Source of the DNA: Clostridia bacterium
Lineage (GTDB): Bacteria; Bacillota; Clostridia; Christensenellales; CAG-917
DNA: 64,000 bases
NCBI GenBank assembly: GCA_017618055.1
Contig: JAFZVB010000004.1
Location: 28,601 to 92,600 of the forward strand
Direction of reading: 5' to 3'
Under the pieces are notes generated by a model. That model did not search any database. It was not told the DNA's origin and saw only the letters and a list, made by a program, of their open reading frames with translations. A program made the position numbers and the translations under genes. This document shows, in pieces, positions 1 to 9,435 of the stretch. Position 1 is the first letter of the stretch. Each line of letters begins with the position of its first letter.

Positions 1-539
1 GCTGTTGTGAATAAAATGGCTTTAATTCCTAGTTTTGTGGCTGCTTCTATGTTTCTTGGATTATCATCTATAAACACAGTCTCCTCTGCCTTAAATCCCA
101 TCTCATTTAATGCGAGATAAAAGAATGCTGGATCTGGCTTTGCAAGCATTCTATCGCTAGAAATAAATGTATCTGTAAAATATCCCCAGAGATTATCTCT
201 ATTTAAGATTCTTTGTTCAAAATCTGGTGGCGCATTTGAAAGTAATCCAACCGTTACACTTTTCTTTAATTCAGTAATAATATCTAGAACGCCTTTATCT
301 ATAATTGCACACTCCATCCATTCTTTTAGAATGGTATCTGCTGGAACGTCAGTTGCTTTACTGAGTCTTTCGAACATTTCTCTTTCGCTTATCTCTCCGT
401 TATCTGCACTTCCAACTATTGCATTTTTAATTTCCATAGCCTTCTCCGCAGGAAAACGTGCTCTAAGCCAATATGGAGATATCTCACAACAAATAACTCC
501 AAAGAAATCAAATAATACTAATTTATACTTTTTATCCAT
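1..539 (-). CDS. HAD-superfamily hydrolase, N-terminal 179 codons (gene runs off the window start)
   Basis: Absent from the ORF track because no stop lies in the window. My translation of the minus strand from ATG 539-537 gives MDKKYKLVLFDFFGVICCEISPYWL...FIDDNPRNIEAATKLGIKAILFTT. It has a HAD motif I-like LFDFFGV and a motif IV-like FIDDN. The plus-strand ORF 331..546 is antisense to it. Confidence 0.6.
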   Translation of the reverse strand, partial: MDKKYKLVLFDFFGVICCEISPYWLRARFPAEKAMEIKNAIVGSADNGEISEREMFERLSKATDVPADTILKEWMECAIIDKGVLDIITELKKSVTVGLLSNAPPDFEQRILNRDNLWGYFTDTFISSDRMLAKPDPAFFYLALNEMGFKAEETVFIDDNPRNIEAATKLGIKAILFTT

Positions 540-595
540 CTTATAATAAATGAGGCGTCCAAATAGAACGCCCCACTCCTATTAATTATTAAATT

Positions 596-1891
596 TTATT
601 TAATAAAGTTTGCATCTGGATGTCTTTCTGCAAGAACCTTATATGCTTCATCTGCTGCATCCCAACAATATTGGATATCTTCTTGGCTAATTGCAAATGG
701 TGCGAAGTTGTTGTGGTGTGATGTTACAAAGACACCTCTCTTGACCATTTCAGCTGTCCATTCTTGGTGAAGTATTGTTGATGGGAAGTCATTTGCAAGA
801 CGTGCATACCACATTGCTGGTTCTCCAGTTACCTTAAGATCAAATCCATGATCCTTTGCAACTTTCTTCCAACCTTCTGTGATTGCAAGACCGTTCTTCT
901 TAATTGTTCCTGCATAATCTACTTCTTTCATCTTCTTTACTGTAGCAAGAGCAGCTGCGATTGGCATAGAGCTGAGCCAGTATGAACCTGTATAAGAGAT
1001 TCCTTCTGCTGCACCCTTGAACTTATTCTTACCTGTAATCATAGATACATTGTATCCGTTTGCAATTGCTTTACAATAACATTGTAAGTCTGCTTCGAAT
1101 CCGAAGTACTTATCTGAACCGCCAACATCTAGACGGAATGAACAACGAACGTCATCGATAATAAGAACAATACCGTTCTTGTCACAGATTTCACGAATCT
1201 TTTGCCAATATCCTGGTGCTGGTAATTCGTTATCTACGAATGTTGGATGATAATATGGGGTAGAAATAAATGCTGCAATTTGGCCTGGATATTTCTTTAC
1301 CAATGCTTCGAATTGTTCTGGTTTATTCCATTCAACAACTAGGTTGTTGCAAACGTCTTCTTCGATAATTCCACCGTATCCAATCTTTTGTGTCCAAGGT
1401 GCTACACCATGGTACCAACCTTTAACCATAACGATCTTCTTACGATGTGTATAGTTACGTGCAATCATCATTGCAAATGTTGTTGCATCGCCACCGTTCT
1501 TTGCAAAGAATGCCCAGTCTGCAGATGGAATTGTATTTACCATATACTCTGCTGTTTCAACCATTACATCACCTGCAAGTGTTGTACAGTTTGCTCTCTT
1601 TAATTGTGCTAATGCTGCTGCATCTACGTCATCATCATTATAACCTAATGAACATGGACCATATGCGCACATTAAGTCGATATATTCATTTCCATCTACG
1701 TCCCAAATATGACTTCCCTTTGCTCTATCACTAAAGAGTGGATATGCGCTTACAGGAATCATACATCCTTCTGCAGGACCAAGGTGTCCATAAATACCAC
1801 ATGGAACAACTTTTAATGCTCTTGCAAAGAGTTCTTGACTCTTTGTATGGTTTGTATAAAGAGATTCTGTTTGTCCTTTAACGAATTTCAT
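596..1891 (-). CDS. class-III PLP aminotransferase (glutamate-1-semialdehyde aminomutase-like)
   Basis: 431-aa ORF with family-typical blocks SHIWDVDGNEYIDL, GGDATTFAMMIAR, LIIDDVRCSFR and the PLP-lysine context CYCKAIANG. Strong SD AAGGAGGGGG upstream of ATG 1891. Confidence 0.7.
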   Translation of the reverse strand: MKFVKGQTESLYTNHTKSQELFARALKVVPCGIYGHLGPAEGCMIPVSAYPLFSDRAKGSHIWDVDGNEYIDLMCAYGPCSLGYNDDDVDAAALAQLKRANCTTLAGDVMVETAEYMVNTIPSADWAFFAKNGGDATTFAMMIARNYTHRKKIVMVKGWYHGVAPWTQKIGYGGIIEEDVCNNLVVEWNKPEQFEALVKKYPGQIAAFISTPYYHPTFVDNELPAPGYWQKIREICDKNGIVLIIDDVRCSFRLDVGGSDKYFGFEADLQCYCKAIANGYNVSMITGKNKFKGAAEGISYTGSYWLSSMPIAAALATVKKMKEVDYAGTIKKNGLAITEGWKKVAKDHGFDLKVTGEPAMWYARLANDFPSTILHQEWTAEMVKRGVFVTSHHNNFAPFAISQEDIQYCWDAADEAYKVLAERHPDANFIK

Positions 1892-1904
1892 AGTATCCCC
1901 CTCC

Positions 1905-2669
1905 TTATGCTAAATAAACGCTAACTAAGTCTAATAACTTGGACATTTGTTCAAGAATATCAACTGCGCCCTTAACTTCAAATTTTCCTTCGCCCATTCC
2001 AGCAAAGCTTGATGTTTCACCGGTTAATAATCTGTGTGCGAAATCAATGTCTGCAAAGACCATTTGTGCATGTGGTGCTTCTACGCTACCTTTTGCAGCT
2101 TCAAGTTTGTGGTCTTTAATTGTTAAGTTAATTTCAACTTCACCTTCAACACCTGCGAGTAATACACAGTCTGGCATACGTTTTGCAATAATCTTACCTA
2201 CTCTGTCGCTGTTACCAACGCAAGCAATTGCAAAGAATGCTGTGTAAGCTGTTAAGATTGTGTTTACACGGAAGTATTCTGGATCTGCAAACAATTCTGC
2301 TGCCTTGTCTGGTGCTGGTTGTAGATAGTAACTTAATCTGTCTGCAAGTTTAGTGAATGTGTTGAGTAAGAATCCTACTTTAAATACATTGCAGAAAATA
2401 GGTATAGTCTTTTCACCGTCTATTAACTTGTTAAAGTGTTCTGCAGATGTGAACCATAATTGTAAAGATGCCTTGAATGAATTTGGAATAAATGTGCATT
2501 TTCCATCTTTGAATTGAAGAACTGCTTTACCAACTTCTGGAACTGAGAAACCTACTGTAATGTTTTGGTCCTTAATCAACTCTTTTGCTTCTGGATCCAT
2601 TTCACAAAGATCTTCCAAGTTGCGGAGAATAGCAAAAAGGTTAATCTTGGCTTTTGTAATGTTGTCCAT
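1905..2669 (-). CDS. hypothetical protein, possibly SCP2 (sterol-carrier-like) fold
   Basis: 254-aa ORF, 13 nt upstream of the aminotransferase gene. The C-terminal part (FAGMGEGKFEVKGAVDILEQMSKLL) resembles SCP2-type lipid-binding domains. Assignment is by recollection only. Confidence 0.3.
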   Translation of the reverse strand: MDNITKAKINLFAILRNLEDLCEMDPEAKELIKDQNITVGFSVPEVGKAVLQFKDGKCTFIPNSFKASLQLWFTSAEHFNKLIDGEKTIPIFCNVFKVGFLLNTFTKLADRLSYYLQPAPDKAAELFADPEYFRVNTILTAYTAFFAIACVGNSDRVGKIIAKRMPDCVLLAGVEGEVEINLTIKDHKLEAAKGSVEAPHAQMVFADIDFAHRLLTGETSSFAGMGEGKFEVKGAVDILEQMSKLLDLVSVYLA

Positions 2670-2756
2670 AACGATTTTTCCTCCTATATCAATAAATCTT
2701 TTAATGATTTTTATAATTAACTAGTATAATTATAATCTTTTGCAAGCGCTTAGGTC

Positions 2757-2777
2757 AATATTCAATTTTTGAATATT
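2757..2777. promoter_or_regulatory. 21-bp perfect palindrome AATATTCAA-ttt-TTGAATATT overlapping a candidate minus-strand promoter
   Basis: Read directly. On the minus strand it abuts or overlaps TTGACC (-35), then an 18-nt spacer, then TATAAT, upstream of the 2669 ORF. Confidence 0.4.
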
Positions 2778-2797
2778 AGTTTATTATTGCAAAAAAT

Positions 2798-4069
2798 TTA
2801 ATTAGAAAGTGCTTGGTCTCCTTTCTTGATAAGCCCTGTACTACGTAGCAATTCGGACACAAATAAACTAACAGCTGCAGGTATTACAAACAAGCAAAGG
2901 ATTATTCCAACAACAATTTTCCATGTCTCAAGTCCAGCAGTCATAGAGGCATCTATTGTTCCAAATACACCAACGAGACCACTTGTTCCCATTCCGCCTC
3001 CACTTGCATTACATTTAAGACCTATTAATACAGCCACTAAGCCCGCAACGGCAGATGCGACAATTTCTGGAACCATAATAATTGGCTTTTTCATAATGTT
3101 TGGAATTTGAAGCATACTTGTTCCAATACCTTGAGATATGAGACCACCCCATTTATTTTCTCTAAATGATGCAACAGCAAAACCTATCATATGAGCTGCA
3201 CATCCTGCAACAGCTGCACCACCCGCAATAGCAAATACGTCTGGTTTTTCCAAAGCAACAGAAGATGTTGCAATACTTACCCATATTGCCGCAGATGACG
3301 TTGGCATTGTTAAAAGAATACCCATTACGATTGCAATGAAGATACCAACGATAATCTTAACTGCTTCACCTGCTTCAATTGCTAAAATAAGAACTTTTGC
3401 AATTAAGTCTATGAGTTTGATAAATGGCCATGCTACATAGATACCACCAACACACAAAACAAGCATGCCAAGTGGCACTAAAACGATATCTAACTTGGTC
3501 TTTCCGGCATAAAGTCTTGCAAATTCAACGGTTAATAATGCTACAACATAGGATCCAATTGGGTTTCCTGGCAAGCCTTTTGCGTATATGACTGAGAAAT
3601 AATCTGCAGTCATGGTTCCATCTGTTATTTGCATTGCCCAAGCGCCTATTAAACCTGTTATTGCTGCCGTAAATATAACTAGAGGTTTTGCACCAAGTTT
3701 ATGAGCAATACCAACACCAATTCCAACACCCATCATCATCTTTGCAAGATTTGCAATGGTCTTAAGAATATAAGCAAATGTATTATCTCCACACCAAGAT
3801 GCAATTTGAGCAAGAATAGTACCAGCAATTAAAGTACAGAAAAGACCTTGTGCCATTCCTGTGAAGGCATCTATGAAATATCTTTTCAATATCTTCTTAA
3901 TTTTACTTTTAACTGGATGTTCTCTTTTAACTTCTTGAGCCAAAACTTCGGAATCACTTAAAGGCATAACCTCAACAATTTGTGCTTCCTTTGTTGATAC
4001 AAAAGTACTAGATCCCCAAGAGGAAATAATTTCACCCTCGCAAAGACCTTCAGTGTTCTTTTTCTTCAT
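2798..4069 (-). CDS. polytopic membrane permease, PTS EIIC-like (PTS_EIIC_2-type) family
   Basis: 423-aa ORF that is highly hydrophobic after about 60 aa. The segment FTGMAQGLFCTLIAGTILAQI and the Gly-rich C-terminal half recall the stand-alone EIIC-like permease family. Confidence 0.4.
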   Translation of the reverse strand: MKKKNTEGLCEGEIISSWGSSTFVSTKEAQIVEVMPLSDSEVLAQEVKREHPVKSKIKKILKRYFIDAFTGMAQGLFCTLIAGTILAQIASWCGDNTFAYILKTIANLAKMMMGVGIGVGIAHKLGAKPLVIFTAAITGLIGAWAMQITDGTMTADYFSVIYAKGLPGNPIGSYVVALLTVEFARLYAGKTKLDIVLVPLGMLVLCVGGIYVAWPFIKLIDLIAKVLILAIEAGEAVKIIVGIFIAIVMGILLTMPTSSAAIWVSIATSSVALEKPDVFAIAGGAAVAGCAAHMIGFAVASFRENKWGGLISQGIGTSMLQIPNIMKKPIIMVPEIVASAVAGLVAVLIGLKCNASGGGMGTSGLVGVFGTIDASMTAGLETWKIVVGIILCLFVIPAAVSLFVSELLRSTGLIKKGDQALSN

Positions 4070-4157
4070 TTTTCCCTTTGTGGTATTCCTGTGACCACGC
4101 CTACAAAGATATACCTTTATATATAATAATGCAGACCTCTAGTCGCATCCTTAAAAA

Positions 4158-5429
4158 CTAGTTTTTATCCTCTTTTAGAATATCTTTCACAGTTCCTAGT
4201 GTCAAGTCAAAGAGTTTTTGAATGGATTCTGAATTAACTGGAACTGGATTCTTTTCGGATTCATCTTTTCCATAAATATTAATTGCTTGTATTCCTTGTT
4301 TTTGGAATGAATTTGCAATATGTCCATGGATTGTAGCGAATGCTTTTTCTTCTACATATTCTATGTTGTTTTCTTGTCCAACTTTAACAATTGTGTTTCT
4401 AAGTTCTTCGCTATACTTTATATTTCTTATAGTATCTTGTCTAGATACTATTATGGAGCCACTATTGACCTCCTCTAAGCAGACAACCTTGGCGTTGTTA
4501 AATCCTCTGTCTCTGGCCAAATGTCTCTCTACAAATGCTTTAGAGCCTTCATGTCCTGAATTCTCTCCACCAAATGAGACATATACTATTCTTGTATTCT
4601 CTGGAAGATGATTTCTTTGTCCGTATAGGGTTACAAATACTGCTAGAGCAATGGAAGGAGAAATACAGTTATTCTCTCTTGCATGTGCTGGGAATAATGA
4701 GTAATGTGCAACGAATACAAACATGGCCACCAAAGAAAGAATGGCTGGAATAAGTGCTAGAGCAACAATTTTACCTGTTGTATCTATACCTGTAGCCATT
4801 TTTATTATGCACATAAGAATAAATGTGAACATGAAGAATGGTGTATAAATAAGCGCAAACATTTTAAATATTCCACGATCTTCAAAATACATTCCTGGAA
4901 GAGAGTCATGGTTAGCACATAATACTATAGTATTATTTGGCTCTGTATTTTCTGTGCTCTTAAGACTATATTTATATGGAGTTGTGAACTCTGTTTCAAC
5001 ATTATAACAAGCCTTTTTAGGAAGGAAGAAATTGAACTTATCTTCTCCTAGATACATAGCAAGAATAATTCCCATCCCAACCATGAACATAACCATAGCA
5101 AGTAAAGTTAGAATAATAGCTGCAACTGTATTCTTTTGAAATGAGACAAAATAGATAATATCGCAAATAACTAGCCAAATAGCCATAAACATAAAGCATC
5201 TTCTACCTAAAAGTGGTCTAGCATAGAATGGTTCTAGTTTTGCATTAAAATCTTTATTAACGGATGAAATAATATCTCTAATTCTTCTAGCCGCCGCTGT
5301 TTCGGATGGTTCAGAAGTAAGTCTATGCTGTTCTTGTTCTAATTGAGATGCAAAAGTCTCAACAAACATACTGCTTGTTGATTTCTTCTCCTCTACTATT
5401 TGATCTTGTTGTACTACTTCTTCATCCAT
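4158..5429 (-). CDS. membrane protein with C-terminal M28-peptidase-like (possibly degenerate) domain
   Basis: 423-aa ORF with a cytosolic N-terminus and about 5 hydrophobic helices. The block VYVSFGGENSGHEGSKAFVERH resembles the M28 metal-ligand block F.aEE.G..GS. Confidence 0.3.
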   Translation of the reverse strand: MDEEVVQQDQIVEEKKSTSSMFVETFASQLEQEQHRLTSEPSETAAARRIRDIISSVNKDFNAKLEPFYARPLLGRRCFMFMAIWLVICDIIYFVSFQKNTVAAIILTLLAMVMFMVGMGIILAMYLGEDKFNFFLPKKACYNVETEFTTPYKYSLKSTENTEPNNTIVLCANHDSLPGMYFEDRGIFKMFALIYTPFFMFTFILMCIIKMATGIDTTGKIVALALIPAILSLVAMFVFVAHYSLFPAHARENNCISPSIALAVFVTLYGQRNHLPENTRIVYVSFGGENSGHEGSKAFVERHLARDRGFNNAKVVCLEEVNSGSIIVSRQDTIRNIKYSEELRNTIVKVGQENNIEYVEEKAFATIHGHIANSFQKQGIQAINIYGKDESEKNPVPVNSESIQKLFDLTLGTVKDILKEDKN

Positions 5430-5561
5430 AATATTAAATGTCTATTTATATATTAAATTAATTATATCTATATTAAATCTAAAAAGCAAAATAAAAGAGC
5501 CTAGACATTTCTGCCTAAGCCCTTTGTTTGTTAATTTAGATTAAACTGATTGTTTAGTCTA

Positions 5562-8474
5562 TTAGATTTCTTGTGCAAGCTTGAATGCTGTGCCCCAAAT
5601 CTTGTATTCACGTGCTGGATTTTCTCCAACTGTTACACAGTAGTTGCCAGAATTATCTACAGTATATGTTGCAGATGTAATACCTGTTGTTGTATAGATT
5701 ACACATGCTGTATCAGATGTTAATACAATAACCTCATGGTTTGCAGGTAATGTATAACCTTCAAGGATTGTACCTGTTGATGCATCAAGATCAACTTCAG
5801 CAACATAGAAGATTGAATTATTGATACCATAGTTGTCATGTGCTACATCAATAATTGTGCCATATCCTTGGCCATATGCTGCCTTGAATAATGTGTAGAA
5901 TGAACTATCAAGAGCAACTGTTGTGTACTTGCCTGAGTCTGAACCTAAGTCTGCACTCATTGTTGGTACATAAGCTGTATTTGTTCCTGTGAAGTCATAC
6001 TTGAATGTTCCGTTGCATTCTTTGCCGTTGAGAGCAATGTGTGCACCGAAGTATCCTGTATCCTTGTTGAGGTCAATAGCGATCTTGCTTCCTGTTCCTG
6101 CAAGTTTTGCAATCTTATCTGCTGGTGTTGTACCTGCATTTGTTAATACAGATGAACCGTTGATGAACTTGAAGAACCATTGAATGAGGCTATTTTCTAC
6201 AAATCCTGCTTCTGTTGTCTTGTTTGGATCTGCATCACAGTTGAAGGTATATCCAGTATTTCCAAGAGCATTGAGTGTTGCTGTGTTACCACAAATGTAG
6301 TTCCAAATTGCAAGTGCTTCAGCTTTTGTTACCATCTTGCCAGAGATATAGGAATATCCTTGTTCTGCTGCCATCTTTGGTGTGTATGCTGCTGAGAGGA
6401 ATTTTGTTGTGATGCCATCTTTATAGAGTGGGAGGATGCCATGGTTTGTTAATTCCTTGAGCAATCCATCGTTTGTACACATAAATAATGCCATCATTTC
6501 GTTTACATCTGCTGGTTTCTTAACATCTGTTGCTGAACCCTTTGTTTCGCATGCTGCATCTGTATAAGATTGAACTTTTGCATCTTTGAAGATTCCAGAT
6601 AATAATGTATAGATATTTTCAAATCCTAATGTGTAGTCCTTAGATGTTGCATTGTAGTTGATGTTTCCAATAACTGCTTGTACTAAGTTAAGGATGTTGA
6701 GACTCCATGCATATTGTGAATCTTTATAATACTTTGTTCCAAGTTTATAAACATCGCCAGCATATGTTTCAAGTTCTGCTTCTGCGCCAACGTTCTTTTC
6801 TTCATCAATGTGTGTTGCAACATTTTGGAAGATTGCATAGAATGCACCTTTTGCAAGAGTTGCAATATCAACACCTGTTACTTCAACGCCCTTGAATGTT
6901 GTATCAACTGTTGCATATGTGTCATCTGTGAATGCTTTATCTAAAACATCATCTGCCATTGTTGTGAAGAGTGCGAATGGAACTTCTGCGCCTTCGCCTG
7001 TTGAATATTTCTTAATTAAATCTGCGAGTGCTGGGAGTCCTGCTTTCATAATAGCAGCTGCTTTTGCATTTGTTGGATCTACTAAGATAGATAATGTTCT
7101 ATCTTTGTATGTTGCTGTGAGCATTGGTGTGCCAGAAGCAAGTGTTCCAGAAATGATTTGTAATTCTGCTGCTGTCTTATTTTCTGCTACTGGTCCAGTT
7201 AAGTCTAATGAACCATTGAACTTAATTGAATATGTTCCGAATCCGATTGCAACATCGTTTGGATTAATTACAACAACATCATCTGCAAGGTTCATTTCTC
7301 CTGCTACAGAGAATGCTACGTTGCTCTTGAATGTTGAAGCTGCTGGTAAAGCAAGAGCTGCTGAAGCTGCAGATGTTTCCTTTGCGATTTCCATCTTTGT
7401 AATGTTGATCTTGAGGTCTGCATTGTAAGAATTCTTGTTTCCAAAGATTTCAATTGTGAATCCGTGGAATTTTGTTCCATCTGTTCCAAATGATAATGCG
7501 ATGTCATAGTAAGATAAGAGGCTATCTACCATACCATTGAGGATACCCTTTGCAGAGCCAAGTCCTCTTGCTGTGTAGTATGTTACATCTCCCTTAACTT
7601 CTTTTGTAACCTTGTTCTTGTCTAAGATAATGTTAGCAGCTGTCTTGAGAACTCCTTCGAGTGATACGTCTTTAGATGTATCGATCTTAAGAACTGACTT
7701 AACGATATCGTTTTCAAGTAAGTCTTTGAGGTTTAATCCAAATAAGCCAAGTAAGCTTGTTGGTTTGTTGTCTACTGTTTCACCAACGATGAGTTTATCT
7801 AATGACCAATCTGCACCACCGGATTGTGCAATGTAATTTACTACATCCATAATAGACTTGAATGGAGTAATGTTGTTTAATCCAGATAAGAGTTCGTCAT
7901 TATTTACTAATTCACCAAGTAATGTTGTGAATTGTGCATTCCAATATGCATCAAATCCGAGAACGAAATATTCATTCTTTACTTGGAAGTAAATCTTGCT
8001 TTCATCGTTAAAGAAATACCAAACTGTGAACCAATTCTTATTGTTAGCATCTGTCTTATCATAGAACTTGAGCTTTAATGCTGTATCACCAAGTGATGCT
8101 GATGATGCATTTGCTGCTGGCAAGTCAAGAACGATACCCATTTCCATGCCGATATCTGTTGATCCTGCTGGAACTTTGTCGCTTGAATATTCCATGTCGC
8201 CTTCGATAGAAATCTTGATCTTGTCTGTTTCAGGATTTACTTGTGTTGCACCGAGGTTCTTGGATGCTGTCCATAATTCTTGGAAGAATACAGCTGGTGT
8301 TGATTTGTTTCCGGTACCGCCGCCGCTTCCGCCGCCGCCTTCGCCGCCTTCATCACCTGTGTCTTCACCAGAAGGGGTTTCGCCGCCCTTGTTCTTGTTA
8401 CATGCAACAAGTCCAAATGCGAGAACGATAACTAATACCAAAATCAATAACCATTTGATATCAAATTTTTTCAT
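5562..8474 (-). CDS. large surface lipoprotein, function unknown
   Basis: 970-aa ORF with signal peptide plus lipobox (LAFGLVAC-NKNKGG), then a Gly/Glu-rich linker (GEGGGGSGGGTG). SD AGGAGGA upstream. Candidate promoter TTGACT-18-TATAAT at 8551..8522 (minus). Confidence 0.6.
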   Translation of the reverse strand: MKKFDIKWLLILVLVIVLAFGLVACNKNKGGETPSGEDTGDEGGEGGGGSGGGTGNKSTPAVFFQELWTASKNLGATQVNPETDKIKISIEGDMEYSSDKVPAGSTDIGMEMGIVLDLPAANASSASLGDTALKLKFYDKTDANNKNWFTVWYFFNDESKIYFQVKNEYFVLGFDAYWNAQFTTLLGELVNNDELLSGLNNITPFKSIMDVVNYIAQSGGADWSLDKLIVGETVDNKPTSLLGLFGLNLKDLLENDIVKSVLKIDTSKDVSLEGVLKTAANIILDKNKVTKEVKGDVTYYTARGLGSAKGILNGMVDSLLSYYDIALSFGTDGTKFHGFTIEIFGNKNSYNADLKINITKMEIAKETSAASAALALPAASTFKSNVAFSVAGEMNLADDVVVINPNDVAIGFGTYSIKFNGSLDLTGPVAENKTAAELQIISGTLASGTPMLTATYKDRTLSILVDPTNAKAAAIMKAGLPALADLIKKYSTGEGAEVPFALFTTMADDVLDKAFTDDTYATVDTTFKGVEVTGVDIATLAKGAFYAIFQNVATHIDEEKNVGAEAELETYAGDVYKLGTKYYKDSQYAWSLNILNLVQAVIGNINYNATSKDYTLGFENIYTLLSGIFKDAKVQSYTDAACETKGSATDVKKPADVNEMMALFMCTNDGLLKELTNHGILPLYKDGITTKFLSAAYTPKMAAEQGYSYISGKMVTKAEALAIWNYICGNTATLNALGNTGYTFNCDADPNKTTEAGFVENSLIQWFFKFINGSSVLTNAGTTPADKIAKLAGTGSKIAIDLNKDTGYFGAHIALNGKECNGTFKYDFTGTNTAYVPTMSADLGSDSGKYTTVALDSSFYTLFKAAYGQGYGTIIDVAHDNYGINNSIFYVAEVDLDASTGTILEGYTLPANHEVIVLTSDTACVIYTTTGITSATYTVDNSGNYCVTVGENPAREYKIWGTAFKLAQEI

Positions 8475-8670
8475 TTTTTTTCCTCCTTTAGGAATTTTTA
8501 GTTACTAATTATAGTGTTTTAATTATAAACTTTTATTATAAATAAAGTCAATAAAATATATTTTTGAAAAGGGTCTGTGGATAAGTTGGAAACTTATCAA
8601 GATATCAATATTCTAATTGGTCATTTTTTATGTATTTCACAAATTTTAAATATTGCTTAAAAAAATTTTT

Positions 8671-9426
8671 TTAGAAAATTCCACCGCCATTAACTGGTAA
8701 AACTGCTCCCGTAATATAACTAGATTCAAGCAAGAAAAGGATGGCTTCAGCAACCTCTTTTGCTTCGCCTAATCTGCCTAGAGGTATAGATTCTGCGACT
8801 TCTTTGAGGTCTTCTTTGCTATACCCTTTCATCATATCTGTGTCTATTGCACCAGGGGTTACAACGTTTACTCTTACACCATTTGGAGCGAATTCTTTGG
8901 CAAGGGACTTGCCAAGTCCTATAATGGCTGCCTTGCTTGCAGAATATGCACTTTCCATGCTTGCACCCTCTTCTCCCCATATGGATGAAACATATACTAT
9001 GCTACCACTCTTTCTTTCTAGCATACCCTCACATACTTGTTTTGTGAGATAATAAACTCCATCTACGTTGGTAGCAAACATATTGCGCCAGTCCTCTGCT
9101 GTTAAGTCTATAAACATCTTGGATTGAGCAATACCAGCACTACAGCATAATTTATCGATCTTGCCAAATCTTTTTAATACTTTTGAAACTGCTTCTTTTA
9201 CGGATTGTTCGGAAGATACATCACAATAAAAAGCTTCTATAACGCCTTTAGTGGATAGTTCATTACAGAGTGCTTCGGCCTTATCTTTGCTATTCTTATA
9301 AAGGATAGCAATGTTATACTTGCCTATTGCCAATTTGGCAACAGCTGCACCTATTCCTCTAGAACCACCACTAATTAATAACGTTTCCATAGTATATAAA
9401 TATGCCAGAGAATTAATCCCTGGCAT
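8671..9426 (-). CDS. SDR-family oxidoreductase (FabG-like)
   Basis: Rossmann motif ISGGSRGIG, plus NVDGVYY, and catalytic Y-x3-K in YSASKAA. The start may instead be ATG at 9390 (METLLISGG...); neither start has a clear SD. Confidence 0.75.
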   Translation of the reverse strand: MPGINSLAYLYTMETLLISGGSRGIGAAVAKLAIGKYNIAILYKNSKDKAEALCNELSTKGVIEAFYCDVSSEQSVKEAVSKVLKRFGKIDKLCCSAGIAQSKMFIDLTAEDWRNMFATNVDGVYYLTKQVCEGMLERKSGSIVYVSSIWGEEGASMESAYSASKAAIIGLGKSLAKEFAPNGVRVNVVTPGAIDTDMMKGYSKEDLKEVAESIPLGRLGEAKEVAEAILFLLESSYITGAVLPVNGGGIF

Positions 9427-9435
9427 TTAGTTTAA

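Noticed and set aside
331-546. 71-aa plus-strand ORF from the track
   Set aside because: It lies entirely antisense to a much better minus-strand HAD-hydrolase reading frame (1-539) that has recognisable motifs. Low-complexity S/L/I composition.
5430-5561. Apparent hairpin downstream of the 970-aa lipoprotein gene (gcctag...gcctaag)
   Set aside because: On inspection the arms are direct repeats, not inverted, so no terminator stem can form.
6892-7428. 178-aa antisense ORF (and 8068-8508, 146 aa) inside the 970-aa lipoprotein gene
   Set aside because: They are open only because the sense strand is rich in Ala/Thr/Gly codons. The product is low-complexity with no start context. The sense ORF has a lipobox and a strong SD.
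8318-8360. Locally GC-rich stretch (ccgccgccgcttccgccgccgcc...)
   Set aside because: It is the antisense of GGx/GAx codons encoding the Gly/Glu linker of the lipoprotein, not a mobile or structural DNA element.
8576-8598. Isolated perfect DnaA box (tgtggataa, 8576-8584) overlapping an 8-bp inverted repeat GATAAGTT-gga-AACTTATC
   Set aside because: About one perfect 9-mer is expected by chance in 64 kb. It stands alone, about 25 bp upstream of the lipoprotein promoter -35. It may be a weak terminator or operator, but there is not enough evidence to call it.
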